Assembly: GCA_031370645.1 (NCBI GenBank)
Contig: JANMQV010000152.1
Location: 102,473 to 166,472 of the forward strand
Origin: Candidatus Eiseniibacteriota bacterium
Lineage (GTDB): Bacteria; Eisenbacteria; RBG-16-71-46; SZUA-252
DNA: 64,000 bases
Direction of reading: 5' to 3'
Shown: positions 41,201 through 50,513 of the stretch, one piece after another
Position numbering within the stretch: the first letter of the stretch is position 1
How the letters are laid out: each line of letters opens with the position of its first letter
Position numbers and translations under genes: made by a program
Notes under the pieces: generated by a model
What the model was told of the DNA's origin: nothing
Database searches by the model: none
The model's input: the letters and a program-made list of their open reading frames with translations, nothing else

Positions 41201-44200
41201 TCCACGAAGGCGTACCTCCACTTGAGCCTCGGCCGGGTGAGCGAAGACGCCTTCTGGAGCCCGAGCGAGGCGCCAAATCTAAAACTCGACACCGAGGATA
41301 AGAACTTCGACGGGAAGCTCGACTTGGGAAGCGGGGAAGACGACCCGAACTTCGAAGACACCGGGCTCGACGGGATTGTGAACAAGAACGAGCCGGGCTA
41401 CAACGCGACGACGAATCCCGATCCGAACCAGGACAACTACGACTACGACGTTCGAAATAACGCGAACGACTTCTCGACGATCAACCGCTTCGAGCGAAAC
41501 GGGCTCGGCGAGGCGAACGCGCGCCCCGATACCGAGGACTTGAACCGGAATACGATCCTGGACAGCAACAACAACTACTACGAGGCCTCCATCGATCTCG
41601 CGGACACCCAGTTCGTCGCGATCGACGTGCCCGTGCTCTACCCCAGCGCCTCGTACACGAATGTCAAGGCCGACAACGGATGGCGGCTCTTCCGGATTCC
41701 GATCAACGGCGACACCTTCCGCCCGGTCGGCTCTCCGTCGTGGCAGAACATCCAGCACCTCCGCCTCTGGGTGAGCGGAATCGAGCGGCCAATCAAGATT
41801 CAGGTCGGCGGAGTCGAATTCGCCGGGAGCCGCTGGCTCGAGGCGGCGATCCTCGACCCCGACATGACCGCGCGCGACGTGGAGCTGGACGTCCGCTCCC
41901 GAAACAACAAGGACGACGCGGGCATCTACCAGCCACCCTACGAAGTCCAGAACCAGGTCGGCTCTTCCGCCGATCGCCGCGAGCAATCGCTGGCGCTCGG
42001 ATATACGCGCATGGCCGAGGGCGACACGCTCCTCGCGTTCAAGACGCTTGGCGACCCCGGCACCGGTCTCGGTTGGGCGCAATACCGTCAGATCAAGTTC
42101 TACGTTCACGGAGAGCAGGGCGTGGAGACGCAGAACCTCCGAGCCGTCGCCCGATTCGGTCCCGACACACTGAACTATTACGAGTACAGCCTGCCGGTCC
42201 GAACCGACTGGCAGAAGATCACGATCCCGATGGAGACGCTCTCGCGCCTGAAGGAAGTCCGCTCCGATTCCCAGTACGTCTACGTCGACTCCCTCACGGG
42301 GGCGGCCAGCAGCGAGGTCTTCACGGTCGTCGGAAATCCGAGCTTCACGCGCATCTCGCGGCTCAGTTTCGGGCTCGCGGTGAAGGGCTCGGCCATCGGG
42401 GCGCCGCCGGCGTCCGGCGAGGTTTGGATCGACGAACTCCGTCTGGCGGACGTCCGGAGAGAGACGGGGACGAGCAGCAATGTCTCGATCCAGGCCAACT
42501 TCGCCGACCTCTTGGCGCTGAACGTCAGCCTTCAGAAGCAGGACCAGAATTTCTTCCGCGTCGGACAGGGTGGGAACCAGGGGAGCGGGCTCGATCACAC
42601 GGCGCTCGGATTCTCGACGACGCTCAATGTCGATCGCTTCCTGCCGGCGAGCAACATCACGCTTCCGGTCCGGCTCTCGGTTCAGCACGCGACGGACGTC
42701 CCGAAATTCCGCACCGGGTCGGACGTGACGTTGGACGCGGGCCAATCCGACATCGAGACGCGGCGGCTCGACCAGCAGACGCTCGACGTCTCCTATCGCC
42801 GGAGCAGCTCCATTCGCCGCGGGATCTCCAAATATACGATCGACGCCATCAGCAGCACGATGAGCTATTCGCGCCGGGCCTCGATCAATCCGCAATCAGC
42901 CGAATCGTCGTGGGCGTTCAGTTCGAGTTTCGGCTACGACCTTCCGATCGGTGGCGGCGGTTTCCGACTGGGAAAGAAGTTCAGGGTGGGCCTCCTACCT
43001 GAAGTGATCGGCTTCAACGTCGGCTGGAGGTCAGAACGCTCGCTCGTCTATTCGCGCGAAATCTTCCGCGACGACGACTCGGTGACGCTTCGCTCCGACG
43101 TGAAAGTGCGCCTTCTGTCGCTCGGCACGAACGTCTCCTACGTTCCCTTCTCCTCCGTCCGAGTGCAGTACACCCTCAATTCGACGCGCGACATGCTCGA
43201 CCATCGCGAAGGACCGATGGGATTCAACAAGGGGAAGGAAGTCGAGAAGAACCAGACCGCCTCGGTGAACTGGACACCGCGGTGGCTCTCCTTTCTGCAG
43301 CCGAATGTGACGCTGAAGGGGCAATACAACGAGTCCGCCCGCCGCGAACTCCGCCTCGCGCCGACCGATCCCCAGGACTTGAAGAGCATCCGGAACAATG
43401 GCGCCGCGAATCTGACGATGAGTCTTCCGATCTCCCGGCTGGGCGGCGGCGGGAGACACGCGCGCCCGGCGGCCGGGGGAGCGAAGAAGGGCGAATCGTT
43501 CTCGCCGCTCGCTCCATTCCGGGGCTTCTTCCGAAAGATGCAGGACATCCAAACATCATTCACCTTCGACCGCGGCGCCACCCTGAGCCGCGTCGTCGGC
43601 GACGCGGGGGTCCCGTTCAAGTCGGGGTTCAGCGAGGTGACCGCCGAAGACTTGCGGAACATCTCGGGATCGAACGGGACTACGAATCGCCGATTCACGA
43701 CGCGCGCCTCCACCGCGTTCCGTCCCAGCAGCTCGCTGACGATCGACATACGCGGCGACCACTCCCTTTCCTTCACCGACCAGTCGTTCGGCGAGCGGCG
43801 CACGCAACGGGTCCAGTGGCCCGATCTCCAGGGTCGATGGGTCGACGTGCATCGCCACCTTCATCTCGACCAGACGCTCACCAGTCTCACGGTCCGCTCC
43901 GGCTATTCGCACGTGGCCGACGAGGACGGCCCTCTCGACGCGGCGGTGGAACGGACGATCAAGACCGACACCTACGGCCCGATTCTCGGATGGGATTTCG
44001 TCTTCCGAAACGGCGTGCGCGCCAGCGTGGCGAGCTCGCTCACGCGCGCGGCCACGATCGACGCGCGCGTCTACGGCGTGACGCGGGACAAGAAGACGAC
44101 GAACTCGGACGTCCGAGTCACGAAGACCTTTCCGGCCGCGAAGGGGATTCATCTCCCCTTCAGCAAGAAGACCATCCGGCTGCCGAACGACCTCAACTTG

Positions 44201-44431
44201 AATCTGACCTGCAACCTGGCGGGGGATCGGCAGATCGTGAGCCGTTCCGGCGAGCGGAATTACACGGAGAGCGACACGAAAAGTTTGAAGGTTGGGACCG
44301 GAACGACCTACAATTTCAGCCGCGCCATCACGGGAGGGTTCAATTTCGAATACCGGCAGAACGACGACCGAAAGCTCGGAATCAAGCGGCGCGGAATCAC
44401 GGTTGATCTCAACGCGGCCTTCACGTTCTAA
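38258..44431 (+). CDS. sprA: SprA/Sov-like outer-membrane translocon of the type IX secretion system (start uncertain: 38258, 38270, 38363 or 38372)
   Basis: 2057 aa; signal peptide ...APHAAA; SprA-like segments QELSVNMTGSIGDK...LRYEGDEDDMIKTIDLGN...GLFGIK, DYRIDYDTG, GEAYIDDMEG, PDTEDLNRN, GEVWIDELRL; beta-barrel-type C-terminus ending in Phe. Confidence 0.85.
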   Translation: MREGMPNAQLVSRTKIRRSLVWPGAWPGPPGARIGVPGVRGERRTSIATGALLVAAALLAIAPHAAADLRFDPLDPQAQAADPTAESMPPGFPKGWRLTVESPIPGTSAWQTQVALDPSTGTVRERYRAGNVEVREPLVAPTLDYNELLTERTERRLWRERTKSTRSVNKTVTRRGAGLVFKFPLVLPPAVRSIVGNGAPSIEVSGSERISILGTSDWLARGNLYQGISGERQRQGAFPAFEMKQELSVNMTGSIGDKIKVDVDQSSNVSTNLDNKVKLRYEGDEDDMIKTIDLGNTNLSLQGASLRQEGLFGIKTAAKMGNFDVTLIASKQDAKTETARFTPSGEKRAVKVTDIECIRRTYYFIADHPIDASAMNLIVYRADPSYNATSFPGDGRLDPTLPADSISTPGNPQQFGRWLPLTIGQDYDLIYPYVLTNTPGNVKIPVIRLRAQLGTSQMLGVSYYDLGRQVQVGLTDKVENLALGKPAGEYLLLKMLKPPEGEFTTTANDLFDRNAPWFPALAYELRNFYDLGGREIDRSSLSIKVRKIDNSLPTHPDEVGGVPLVRILGLDHQGKAGSDEPFQPDGLVDDQFIDTDTGIMFFPDLHPFAPDTSAAYRALCGPDAGGFLCLDNLKTNTLWADSNFVNLNVYYDRQPDPGKDERYFIDAEFKSSQQGFYLGRFGILENSEQVKVDGIPQRRVSDYRIDYDTGLLTFTKAPGPEQVITADFSYAPGFGQVQRSLVGFSGGYNPSSNFSLSSSLLREARGAQETNPKLGEEPATSMLGDFGAVMSFRPFWMTRLADQVPGITTDQQSALNVQGNFSVSLPNPNTKGEAYIDDMEGNRESNTIGLGRLSWFWSSVPVNRQKPRKAGLPPADSIANAALTPVSSLVTDHARLEWFNPRPDGPTAAQEWDIKPVLKQSEGGDNNHQVLELNVRAPDDTTLIDSADWTGITQSLSTVGQDFSRVRFVEVWVNDFTKDHDSTKAYLHLSLGRVSEDAFWSPSEAPNLKLDTEDKNFDGKLDLGSGEDDPNFEDTGLDGIVNKNEPGYNATTNPDPNQDNYDYDVRNNANDFSTINRFERNGLGEANARPDTEDLNRNTILDSNNNYYEASIDLADTQFVAIDVPVLYPSASYTNVKADNGWRLFRIPINGDTFRPVGSPSWQNIQHLRLWVSGIERPIKIQVGGVEFAGSRWLEAAILDPDMTARDVELDVRSRNNKDDAGIYQPPYEVQNQVGSSADRREQSLALGYTRMAEGDTLLAFKTLGDPGTGLGWAQYRQIKFYVHGEQGVETQNLRAVARFGPDTLNYYEYSLPVRTDWQKITIPMETLSRLKEVRSDSQYVYVDSLTGAASSEVFTVVGNPSFTRISRLSFGLAVKGSAIGAPPASGEVWIDELRLADVRRETGTSSNVSIQANFADLLALNVSLQKQDQNFFRVGQGGNQGSGLDHTALGFSTTLNVDRFLPASNITLPVRLSVQHATDVPKFRTGSDVTLDAGQSDIETRRLDQQTLDVSYRRSSSIRRGISKYTIDAISSTMSYSRRASINPQSAESSWAFSSSFGYDLPIGGGGFRLGKKFRVGLLPEVIGFNVGWRSERSLVYSREIFRDDDSVTLRSDVKVRLLSLGTNVSYVPFSSVRVQYTLNSTRDMLDHREGPMGFNKGKEVEKNQTASVNWTPRWLSFLQPNVTLKGQYNESARRELRLAPTDPQDLKSIRNNGAANLTMSLPISRLGGGGRHARPAAGGAKKGESFSPLAPFRGFFRKMQDIQTSFTFDRGATLSRVVGDAGVPFKSGFSEVTAEDLRNISGSNGTTNRRFTTRASTAFRPSSSLTIDIRGDHSLSFTDQSFGERRTQRVQWPDLQGRWVDVHRHLHLDQTLTSLTVRSGYSHVADEDGPLDAAVERTIKTDTYGPILGWDFVFRNGVRASVASSLTRAATIDARVYGVTRDKKTTNSDVRVTKTFPAAKGIHLPFSKKTIRLPNDLNLNLTCNLAGDRQIVSRSGERNYTESDTKSLKVGTGTTYNFSRAITGGFNFEYRQNDDRKLGIKRRGITVDLNAAFTF

Positions 44432-45338
44432 GCTCTCGGTAGCGCTCCTCATCCTCGCGCTCTTGCTCCCATCGTGCGGGCGCCCCAAGGCGGCCTCGTT
44501 CGACGGCCGGAAAGCCTACGGATGGGTGGAGCGCCAGCTCGCCTTCGGCCCCCGCGCCCCCGGTACCGCCGCGCATGACTCCTGCTTCCAATTCCTCGAA
44601 GCGACGATGCGCGGCTACGCCGACGCCGTGGAGGTCGACACCTTCAGCTACTACGTCCCTCGGCTCGCGAAGGAAGTCCGGCTCTACAATCTTCGCGCCC
44701 GCTTCGCGTCCGACGCCGAGCAGCGGATCGTCCTCGGCGCGCACTGGGACACGCGCCCCTGGGCCGACCAGGATCCCGTGGCGACGCGCCGGAACGAGCC
44801 GATTCTCGGCGCGAACGACGGCGGCTCCGGCGTGGCCGTCCTTCTCGAACTGGCCCGCATGCTCCACGAGCAAAAGCCGAAGGTCGGCGTCGACATCGTC
44901 TTCTTCGACGGCGAAGACCTCGGCACTCCGGAGGACCAGGCGGGGTGGTTCCGCGGCTCGAAGGAGTACGTGTCGCGCCGCCTTCGCGAGCCGAAGCCGC
45001 TCTTCGCCATCGTGGTCGACATGGTCGGGAAGCGCGACCTGGCGCTTCATTGGGAGGGGAACTCCTATGAACAGGCGGCGAATATCGTCGACCTGGTTTG
45101 GGGCGTGGCCCGGCAGTTGAACATCCGGTCGTTCCGCTCCGACGTCCGCCACCGCGTCTTCGACGACCACATGCCGTTCCTCGAAGCGGGCATTCCGGCC
45201 ATTGTCCTCATCGATTTCGCGTTCCCCGAATGGCATACCCACCAGGACACCCTCGGCGTCGTCGAACCCTCGAGCCTCGAGGGCGTCGGGCGGGTCCTCC
45301 AGTCCCTCGTATACGACCCGAGTTACCTCTCCGACTGA
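44403..45338 (+). CDS. M28-family zinc lipoprotein resembling Bacteroidota type II glutaminyl cyclases
   Basis: Inferred TTG start inside the sprA 3' end gives signal ...LLILALLLPSC; motifs FGPR.PG, AHWDTRP.AD.D, GANDGGSG, FFDGED.G, DMVG, DDH.PF, WHT..D. Confidence 0.8.
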   Translation: MISTRPSRSKLSVALLILALLLPSCGRPKAASFDGRKAYGWVERQLAFGPRAPGTAAHDSCFQFLEATMRGYADAVEVDTFSYYVPRLAKEVRLYNLRARFASDAEQRIVLGAHWDTRPWADQDPVATRRNEPILGANDGGSGVAVLLELARMLHEQKPKVGVDIVFFDGEDLGTPEDQAGWFRGSKEYVSRRLREPKPLFAIVVDMVGKRDLALHWEGNSYEQAANIVDLVWGVARQLNIRSFRSDVRHRVFDDHMPFLEAGIPAIVLIDFAFPEWHTHQDTLGVVEPSSLEGVGRVLQSLVYDPSYLSD

Positions 45339-45347
45339 AGTTTTCCC

Positions 45348-45376
45348 TTGAACCCCCGGGTCCCGGCCGGTAGGTT
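45348..45376 (+). promoter_or_regulatory. Sigma-70 promoter of the rimP-nusA-infB operon
   Basis: TTGAAC (45348-45353), 17-nt spacer, TAGGTT (45371-45376). Confidence 0.55.
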
Positions 45377-45385
45377 CAGGGGTCC

Positions 45386-45414
45386 GAGCGGACATCTGTC
45401 CGCTCTTTCTTCTT
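45386..45414 (+). terminator. rimP-leader-type terminator/attenuator hairpin
   Basis: GAGCGGACA-TC-TGTCCGCTC followed by TTTCTTCTT, located between the promoter and the rimP start. Confidence 0.65.
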
Positions 45415-45458
45415 GGGTCCCCCAAATGGGGCTCCGATAACACGGGACTAAGTCTAAG

Positions 45459-45977
45459 ATGAGAAGCGAGTTACGGGAGGACCTGACCCGGCGCTTTGGG
45501 GCCCTTTTGGCTGAAGAGGCGTTCGACCTATGGGACCTGGAGGTCGCCTCTCAGTCGGGTCATATGGTGCTCCGGGTATTCGTCGACCGGCCCCCCGGCG
45601 TCGCCGCCGGCGTTACCGTCGGCGAATGCTCGTATTGGAGCAAGAAACTTAGCCGGTATCTGGAGGCCGAGAACCTGCTGCGCGGAACCTTCGCGCTGGA
45701 GGTCGGGTCGCCGGGAATCGAACGAGCGCTGACGAGGCCGGATCATTACGCCCGGTTCGTCGGGCACCAAGTGGAAGTACGCCTCCACGATCCGAAGGAG
45801 GGTCGGCGCAACTTCCGGGGGGAACTCCGGGCGGCGAGCGCCGACACGATCATCGTCGAGGACGCGGAAGTGGGAACGGTCTCGCTCCCGCTCGCGCAGG
45901 TCAAGCGGTCGCACGTGATCGCGGACCCGTGGGAGGGATTGCGAGAGCCGAAACGCAAGCACGGCCAGACACCATAG
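45459..45977 (+). CDS. rimP: Ribosome maturation factor RimP
   Basis: LRVFVDR, GVTVGEC, LEVGSPGIERAL, GRRNFRG; first gene before nusA. Confidence 0.93.
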   Translation: MRSELREDLTRRFGALLAEEAFDLWDLEVASQSGHMVLRVFVDRPPGVAAGVTVGECSYWSKKLSRYLEAENLLRGTFALEVGSPGIERALTRPDHYARFVGHQVEVRLHDPKEGRRNFRGELRAASADTIIVEDAEVGTVSLPLAQVKRSHVIADPWEGLREPKRKHGQTP

Positions 45978-46017
45978 ACTTCGCCAGCATCGATTCCATC
46001 GGAACGGGGTCCCATTC

Positions 46018-47460
46018 GTGGCACGAGAGCCGCAGCGAAATACGAACTATGAGCTGATCGAGGCGATGGCCCAGATCGCGCGCGAAAAGAGCGTCGATAA
46101 GGCCACCGTCATCGACACGCTGGTCGCCGGACTCCTTTCGGCCGGCCGAAAGCGCTTCGGCCTGGACGCCAAGCTCGAAGTCTCGTTCGACGAAGCGAGC
46201 GGCCGCATCGTCATGAAGCTCACGCGGACGGTGGTCGAGGACGCCGAGGATGCGGGCCTCGAGATCGATCTCTCCGAGGCGCAGAGCGTCGACGAGAAGG
46301 CCGTCATCGGGCAGGAACTGACGTCCGAACTCACGCTCGAAGACCTCGGGCGAAACGCGATCTCGGCCGCGAAGCAGGTGCTGGTCCAGAAGGTGCGCGA
46401 GGCCGAGCGCGAGCGGATCTACGAGGATTATCACGACCGCGTCGGCGAAATGGTGCGCGGCACCGTGCAGCAAGTGGACCGCGGCAACATCTACGTGAAG
46501 CTGGAGCGCTCGGAGGCGATTCTACCGCCGCGCGAGCAGATCGCGCGCGACCGCTTTCACCAGGGCGACCACATCAAGGCCTACATCATCGCCGTGGACA
46601 AGGCGGCCCGCGGACCGCAGGTCGTCCTTTCGAGGACGCATCCGGAATTTCTGCGCCGGCTCTTCGAGGCGGAAGTTCCCGAAGTATCGGAGAAGATCAT
46701 CGAGATCAAGGGAATCGCCCGCGAACCGGGCTCCCGCGCGAAGATCTCGGTGGTTTCGAACGACGACAAGATCGATCCGGTCGGAGCGTGCGTCGGCATC
46801 AAGGGCTCGCGCGTGCAGGCGATCGTGCGGGAACTGGGCGGCGAGAAGATCGACATCGTTCCCTGGAGCGCCGACCCGGTCGTCTTCGTGACGCGGGCGC
46901 TTTCCCCGGCGAAGGTCATCGAGGCGCAGGTGATCGAGGCGGAGCAGAAGGTGCTCGTCACGGTGGCCGACGATCAGCTCTCGCTCGCCATCGGCAAGGG
47001 GGGCCAGAACGCCCGACTGGCCGCGCGGCTCACGGGCTGGAAGATCGATCTCATTTCAAAGAGCGAACGCGAGCGCCAGCGCGACTTCGAGCGCCGCGCC
47101 CGCATCGATATCGAGGAACTGGAAGGCGCCGGCCCGAAGCTGGTGGAGAAGCTGATTCGCGAGGGGATCGAAACGGTGCAGGACCTTCTGAAGACACCGT
47201 TCGAACAGATCCTCGCCATCCAGGGAATCGGCGAGAAGACCGCGGAGAAGCTGCTCGAGGAGGCTCGGGCATTACAGGAAAGACGAAATCAGGAACTAGC
47301 GGAAGAGGCTGCACGTGCCGAGGCCGAAGCGGCCGCGGCCGGTGCGGACGACGAAGCGGAAGCGGAAATCGCGGAAGTGGCGCCCGTCGTGGCCGGGGAC
47401 GCGGAAGAAGCGACGGCGGCGGCGGCGACGGCGGACGAAGAGCGGACGCCCGAAGCCTAG
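46018..47460 (+). CDS. nusA: Transcription termination/antitermination factor NusA
   Basis: GRNAISAAKQ, S1 domain, KH domains AREPGSRAKI and DPVGACVG..GSRV, LSLAIGKGGQNARLA, HhH repeats, acidic tail. Confidence 0.97.
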   Translation: MAREPQRNTNYELIEAMAQIAREKSVDKATVIDTLVAGLLSAGRKRFGLDAKLEVSFDEASGRIVMKLTRTVVEDAEDAGLEIDLSEAQSVDEKAVIGQELTSELTLEDLGRNAISAAKQVLVQKVREAERERIYEDYHDRVGEMVRGTVQQVDRGNIYVKLERSEAILPPREQIARDRFHQGDHIKAYIIAVDKAARGPQVVLSRTHPEFLRRLFEAEVPEVSEKIIEIKGIAREPGSRAKISVVSNDDKIDPVGACVGIKGSRVQAIVRELGGEKIDIVPWSADPVVFVTRALSPAKVIEAQVIEAEQKVLVTVADDQLSLAIGKGGQNARLAARLTGWKIDLISKSERERQRDFERRARIDIEELEGAGPKLVEKLIREGIETVQDLLKTPFEQILAIQGIGEKTAEKLLEEARALQERRNQELAEEAARAEAEAAAAGADDEAEAEIAEVAPVVAGDAEEATAAAATADEERTPEA

Positions 47461-47481
47461 CCAGGGCTCCATCGGAGATTC

Positions 47482-49719
47482 ATGACGAGCGGAAAGAAAC
47501 GAGTTTACGAAGCGGCGAAGGAGATGGGGATGTCGAGCGAAGCGCTCGTCACAATCCTCAAGTCCATGTCCGTGGAAGTGAAGAGCCACATGAGCTCGAT
47601 CGGCGACGAGGTCCTCGGGCAGGTGCGGTCGAAGCTGGCGCGCGAGAAGGAAGCAGTCAAGGAAGAGGAGGCGCGCCGGAAAGAGAAGGCCGCGCAGGTC
47701 GCGCGCGTGGCCGCCGAAGCGCAGCGCCGTACCGCGCCTCCGCCTGCGGGCGGCGGGAGCAGTGGCGGTAGCAGCGGTGGCGGCGGCGGCGGGCTGAAGA
47801 TCGGCGTCGGCGGAGGCGGACGTCCCGGCAAGAAGAAGAAGCGCGCCGTGGACGAGAAGCTCGTCGCCGCGGCCGTGCGCCGCACCGTGGCCGATATGGA
47901 GACGTCGAAGCGCCGCCATCACCGCCGGGATCGCGAGGACGACGCCGCTGTGGGGGTGGAGGAAGCGCCGCGCGTCATCCGGCTCGCCGAGTTCGCCTCC
48001 GTGGCTGAGCTGGCCGCCCGGATCGAAATGAAGCCGTCGGAAGTGATCGCGGCCTGTCTTCGACTCGGAATCATGGCGAACATCAACCGCCGTCTCGATC
48101 GCGACTCGATCATGGCGGTGGCCGACGAATTCGGGTTCGCGGTCGACTTCGTCTCCGTGCTGGGCGAAGAAATCGAGGTCGCATCGCCCGCCGAGGAGCA
48201 ACTCGAGCCTCGCGCGCCCGTCGTGACCGTCATGGGCCACGTCGATCACGGCAAGACTTCGCTCCTCGACTACATCCGTAAAGAGAACGTCATCGCCGGC
48301 GAGGCCGGCGGCATCACGCAGCACATCGGCGCGTACGAAGTGACGCTCCCCGACGGCCACAAAATCGCCTTCCTCGACACGCCGGGCCACGAGGCCTTCA
48401 CGGCCATGCGCGCCCGCGGCGCCCAGGTGACCGACATCGTGGTCCTCGTCGTGGCGGCGGACGACCGCGTCATGCCGCAGACGGTTGAAGCGATCGACCA
48501 CGCCCGCGCGGCGAACGTGCCGATCATCATCGCGATCAACAAAATCGATCTCCCCGCGGCCAACGTGGAACAGGTCCGCCAGGAGCTTTCGCAGCACAAC
48601 ATCCTCACCGAAGAGTGGGGCGGAAAGACGATCGCCGTTCCGATCTCCGCCAAGAAGGGAACGAACATCGACAAGCTGCTGGAGATGATCCTCCTGCAGG
48701 CCGAGTTGATGGAACTTCAAGCCGACCCCCACAAGGCGGCGCGCGGCGTCATCGTCGAAGCGCGGCTCGACAAGGGGCGCGGCATCGTGGCGACCGTCCT
48801 CGTGCAGAAGGGGACGCTCCGCGTCGGGGACGCCTTCGTGGCGGGCTCGAAGAGCGGCAAGGTCCGCGCGCTTCAGAACGAGCGCGGTCAGAAGGTGGAA
48901 GAGGCGGGACCGTCGACGCCGGTGGAAGTGCTCGGTTGGGCCGAGCCGCCGCAGGCGGGCGACACCTTCGCGGTGGTCGAGGACGAGCGCGAGGCCCGCG
49001 AGCTGGCCGGCAAGCGCGCCATTCTCCTCCGCGAGCAGGAACTCCGCGTGCAGAAGCACGTGACGCTCACCGACCTCTTCACGCAGATGAAGGAAGGAAA
49101 GGTGAACGAGCTCCTCGTCGTCCTGAAGGGCGACGTGGACGGCTCGGTGGAGGCGCTCCAGGACACGCTGACGAAGCTCTCCACGGCCGAGATCAAACTG
49201 CGCGTCATCCATCGCGGCGTCGGCCAGATCACCGAGTCCGACGTGCTCCTCGCGGCCGCGTCGAACGCCGTCATCATCGGCTTCCATGTGAAGCCCGATC
49301 CGAAGGCGGTCGAACTGGCGGCGAAGGAGAAGGTGGACGTCCGCCTCTACGACATCATCTATCAGGCCGTGGAAAACGTGAAGGACGCCATGGCCGGGCT
49401 TCTGGCCCCCGAGATCGTCGAGACGGTGGTGGGACAGGCCGAGGTGCGGAAGATCTTCCGCCCGTCGAAGTCGGGCGTGGTGGCCGGCTGCATGGTCCTC
49501 TCCGGCACGATTCAGCGGAACGCCCGGGCGCGCCTCCTCCGTGGAGGGGCGGCGGTCTGGGAAGGAAAGATCGAGTCGCTCAAGCGCTTCAAGGACGACG
49601 CGAAGGAAGTGGCGAGCGGCTTCGAATGCGGCATCTCTCTCGAGAGCCGCGACGACATTCAGGAAAAGGATGTGATCGAGGCCTACGTCCTGGAGGAAGT
49701 CGCCCGCAAGTTGGAGTGA
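47482..49719 (+). CDS. infB: Translation initiation factor IF-2
   Basis: [53 protein letters not shown]. Confidence 0.98.
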   Translation: MTSGKKRVYEAAKEMGMSSEALVTILKSMSVEVKSHMSSIGDEVLGQVRSKLAREKEAVKEEEARRKEKAAQVARVAAEAQRRTAPPPAGGGSSGGSSGGGGGGLKIGVGGGGRPGKKKKRAVDEKLVAAAVRRTVADMETSKRRHHRRDREDDAAVGVEEAPRVIRLAEFASVAELAARIEMKPSEVIAACLRLGIMANINRRLDRDSIMAVADEFGFAVDFVSVLGEEIEVASPAEEQLEPRAPVVTVMGHVDHGKTSLLDYIRKENVIAGEAGGITQHIGAYEVTLPDGHKIAFLDTPGHEAFTAMRARGAQVTDIVVLVVAADDRVMPQTVEAIDHARAANVPIIIAINKIDLPAANVEQVRQELSQHNILTEEWGGKTIAVPISAKKGTNIDKLLEMILLQAELMELQADPHKAARGVIVEARLDKGRGIVATVLVQKGTLRVGDAFVAGSKSGKVRALQNERGQKVEEAGPSTPVEVLGWAEPPQAGDTFAVVEDEREARELAGKRAILLREQELRVQKHVTLTDLFTQMKEGKVNELLVVLKGDVDGSVEALQDTLTKLSTAEIKLRVIHRGVGQITESDVLLAAASNAVIIGFHVKPDPKAVELAAKEKVDVRLYDIIYQAVENVKDAMAGLLAPEIVETVVGQAEVRKIFRPSKSGVVAGCMVLSGTIQRNARARLLRGGAAVWEGKIESLKRFKDDAKEVASGFECGISLESRDDIQEKDVIEAYVLEEVARKLE

Positions 49720-49720
49720 G

Positions 49721-50002
49721 ATGCTCATCGGCTCGCTGCGGCTCGAAATCCACCTTCCCGCGGCCGACTCCCTCAAGGCGAAGCGCTCCGTCGTGAATCA
49801 CGTGAAGGAGCGCGTCCGCCATCGGTTCAACGCGGCGATCGCGGAAGTGGGGCACCAGGACCTCTGGCAGCGGACCACGCTCGGAGTGGCCGTCGTCGGG
49901 GAAGAGGCGCCCGTCCTGGAGCGGGCGCTGCACGAGATTTTGGCGGTGATCGAGCGCGAAGATCGTCTCGCGGTGCTCGACTACGCCATCGAGATCGCCT
50001 GA
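49721..50002 (+). CDS. DUF503 (YlxP-like) protein
   Basis: SLKAKRSVV, RFNAAIAEVGHQDLWQR; conserved position between infB and rbfA. Confidence 0.9.
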   Translation: MLIGSLRLEIHLPAADSLKAKRSVVNHVKERVRHRFNAAIAEVGHQDLWQRTTLGVAVVGEEAPVLERALHEILAVIEREDRLAVLDYAIEIA

Positions 50003-50039
50003 GCCGGCCGTACGCCGCCGCTCGCCGGAACGAAATCCC

Positions 50040-50513
50040 ATGAACCGACCGACCGAAACTCCGAGAACGCGACGCGTCGCCGACCGGATCGTCCAAGTGC
50101 TCGCCGAGATCTTCGAGCGGCACACGGAGGATCCGAGGCTACGCATGATCACCGTGACCGGCGCGCGCGTGGCGCGCGACCTGGGAACGGCGCGCGTCTG
50201 GATCACGGGAGGCTTCACGCCCGCCGACGAGCCGAAGGTGCTCTCGGCGCTGGCGCACGCCACGCCCCGGTTCCGCTCGATGCTGGCGCCGCAACTGGGC
50301 CTTCGCATCGTGCCGACCCTTCACTTCGTCATCGATCACTCCTCCGCCGCGGGAGCGCGCATCGAGGATCTCTTGCGCGAAATCCGCGACGAGCAGAGCG
50401 GGCGCGCCGCGGCCGGCGAAGCGGAGCCCGCGGGCCCGGAGACGGACGCCGAACCGGATTCCGACTCCGAGCCGAAATCCCCTTCCGACCCCAACCCGAC
50501 CAGCGAGGCATGA
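50040..50513 (+). CDS. rbfA: Ribosome-binding factor A
   Basis: RTRRVA, DPRL, DLGTARVW, LRIVPTLHF..D.S; acidic/Pro-rich tail. Confidence 0.93.
   Translation: MNRPTETPRTRRVADRIVQVLAEIFERHTEDPRLRMITVTGARVARDLGTARVWITGGFTPADEPKVLSALAHATPRFRSMLAPQLGLRIVPTLHFVIDHSSAAGARIEDLLREIRDEQSGRAAAGEAEPAGPETDAEPDSDSEPKSPSDPNPTSEA

Noticed and set aside
47296-49776. 826-aa antisense ORF opposite infB (similar long antisense ORFs at 31372-33327, 38561-40471, 41279-42895 and 20572-22206)
   Set aside because: Shadow frames of high-GC3 genes; no recognisable motifs, and each fully overlaps a confidently identified gene.
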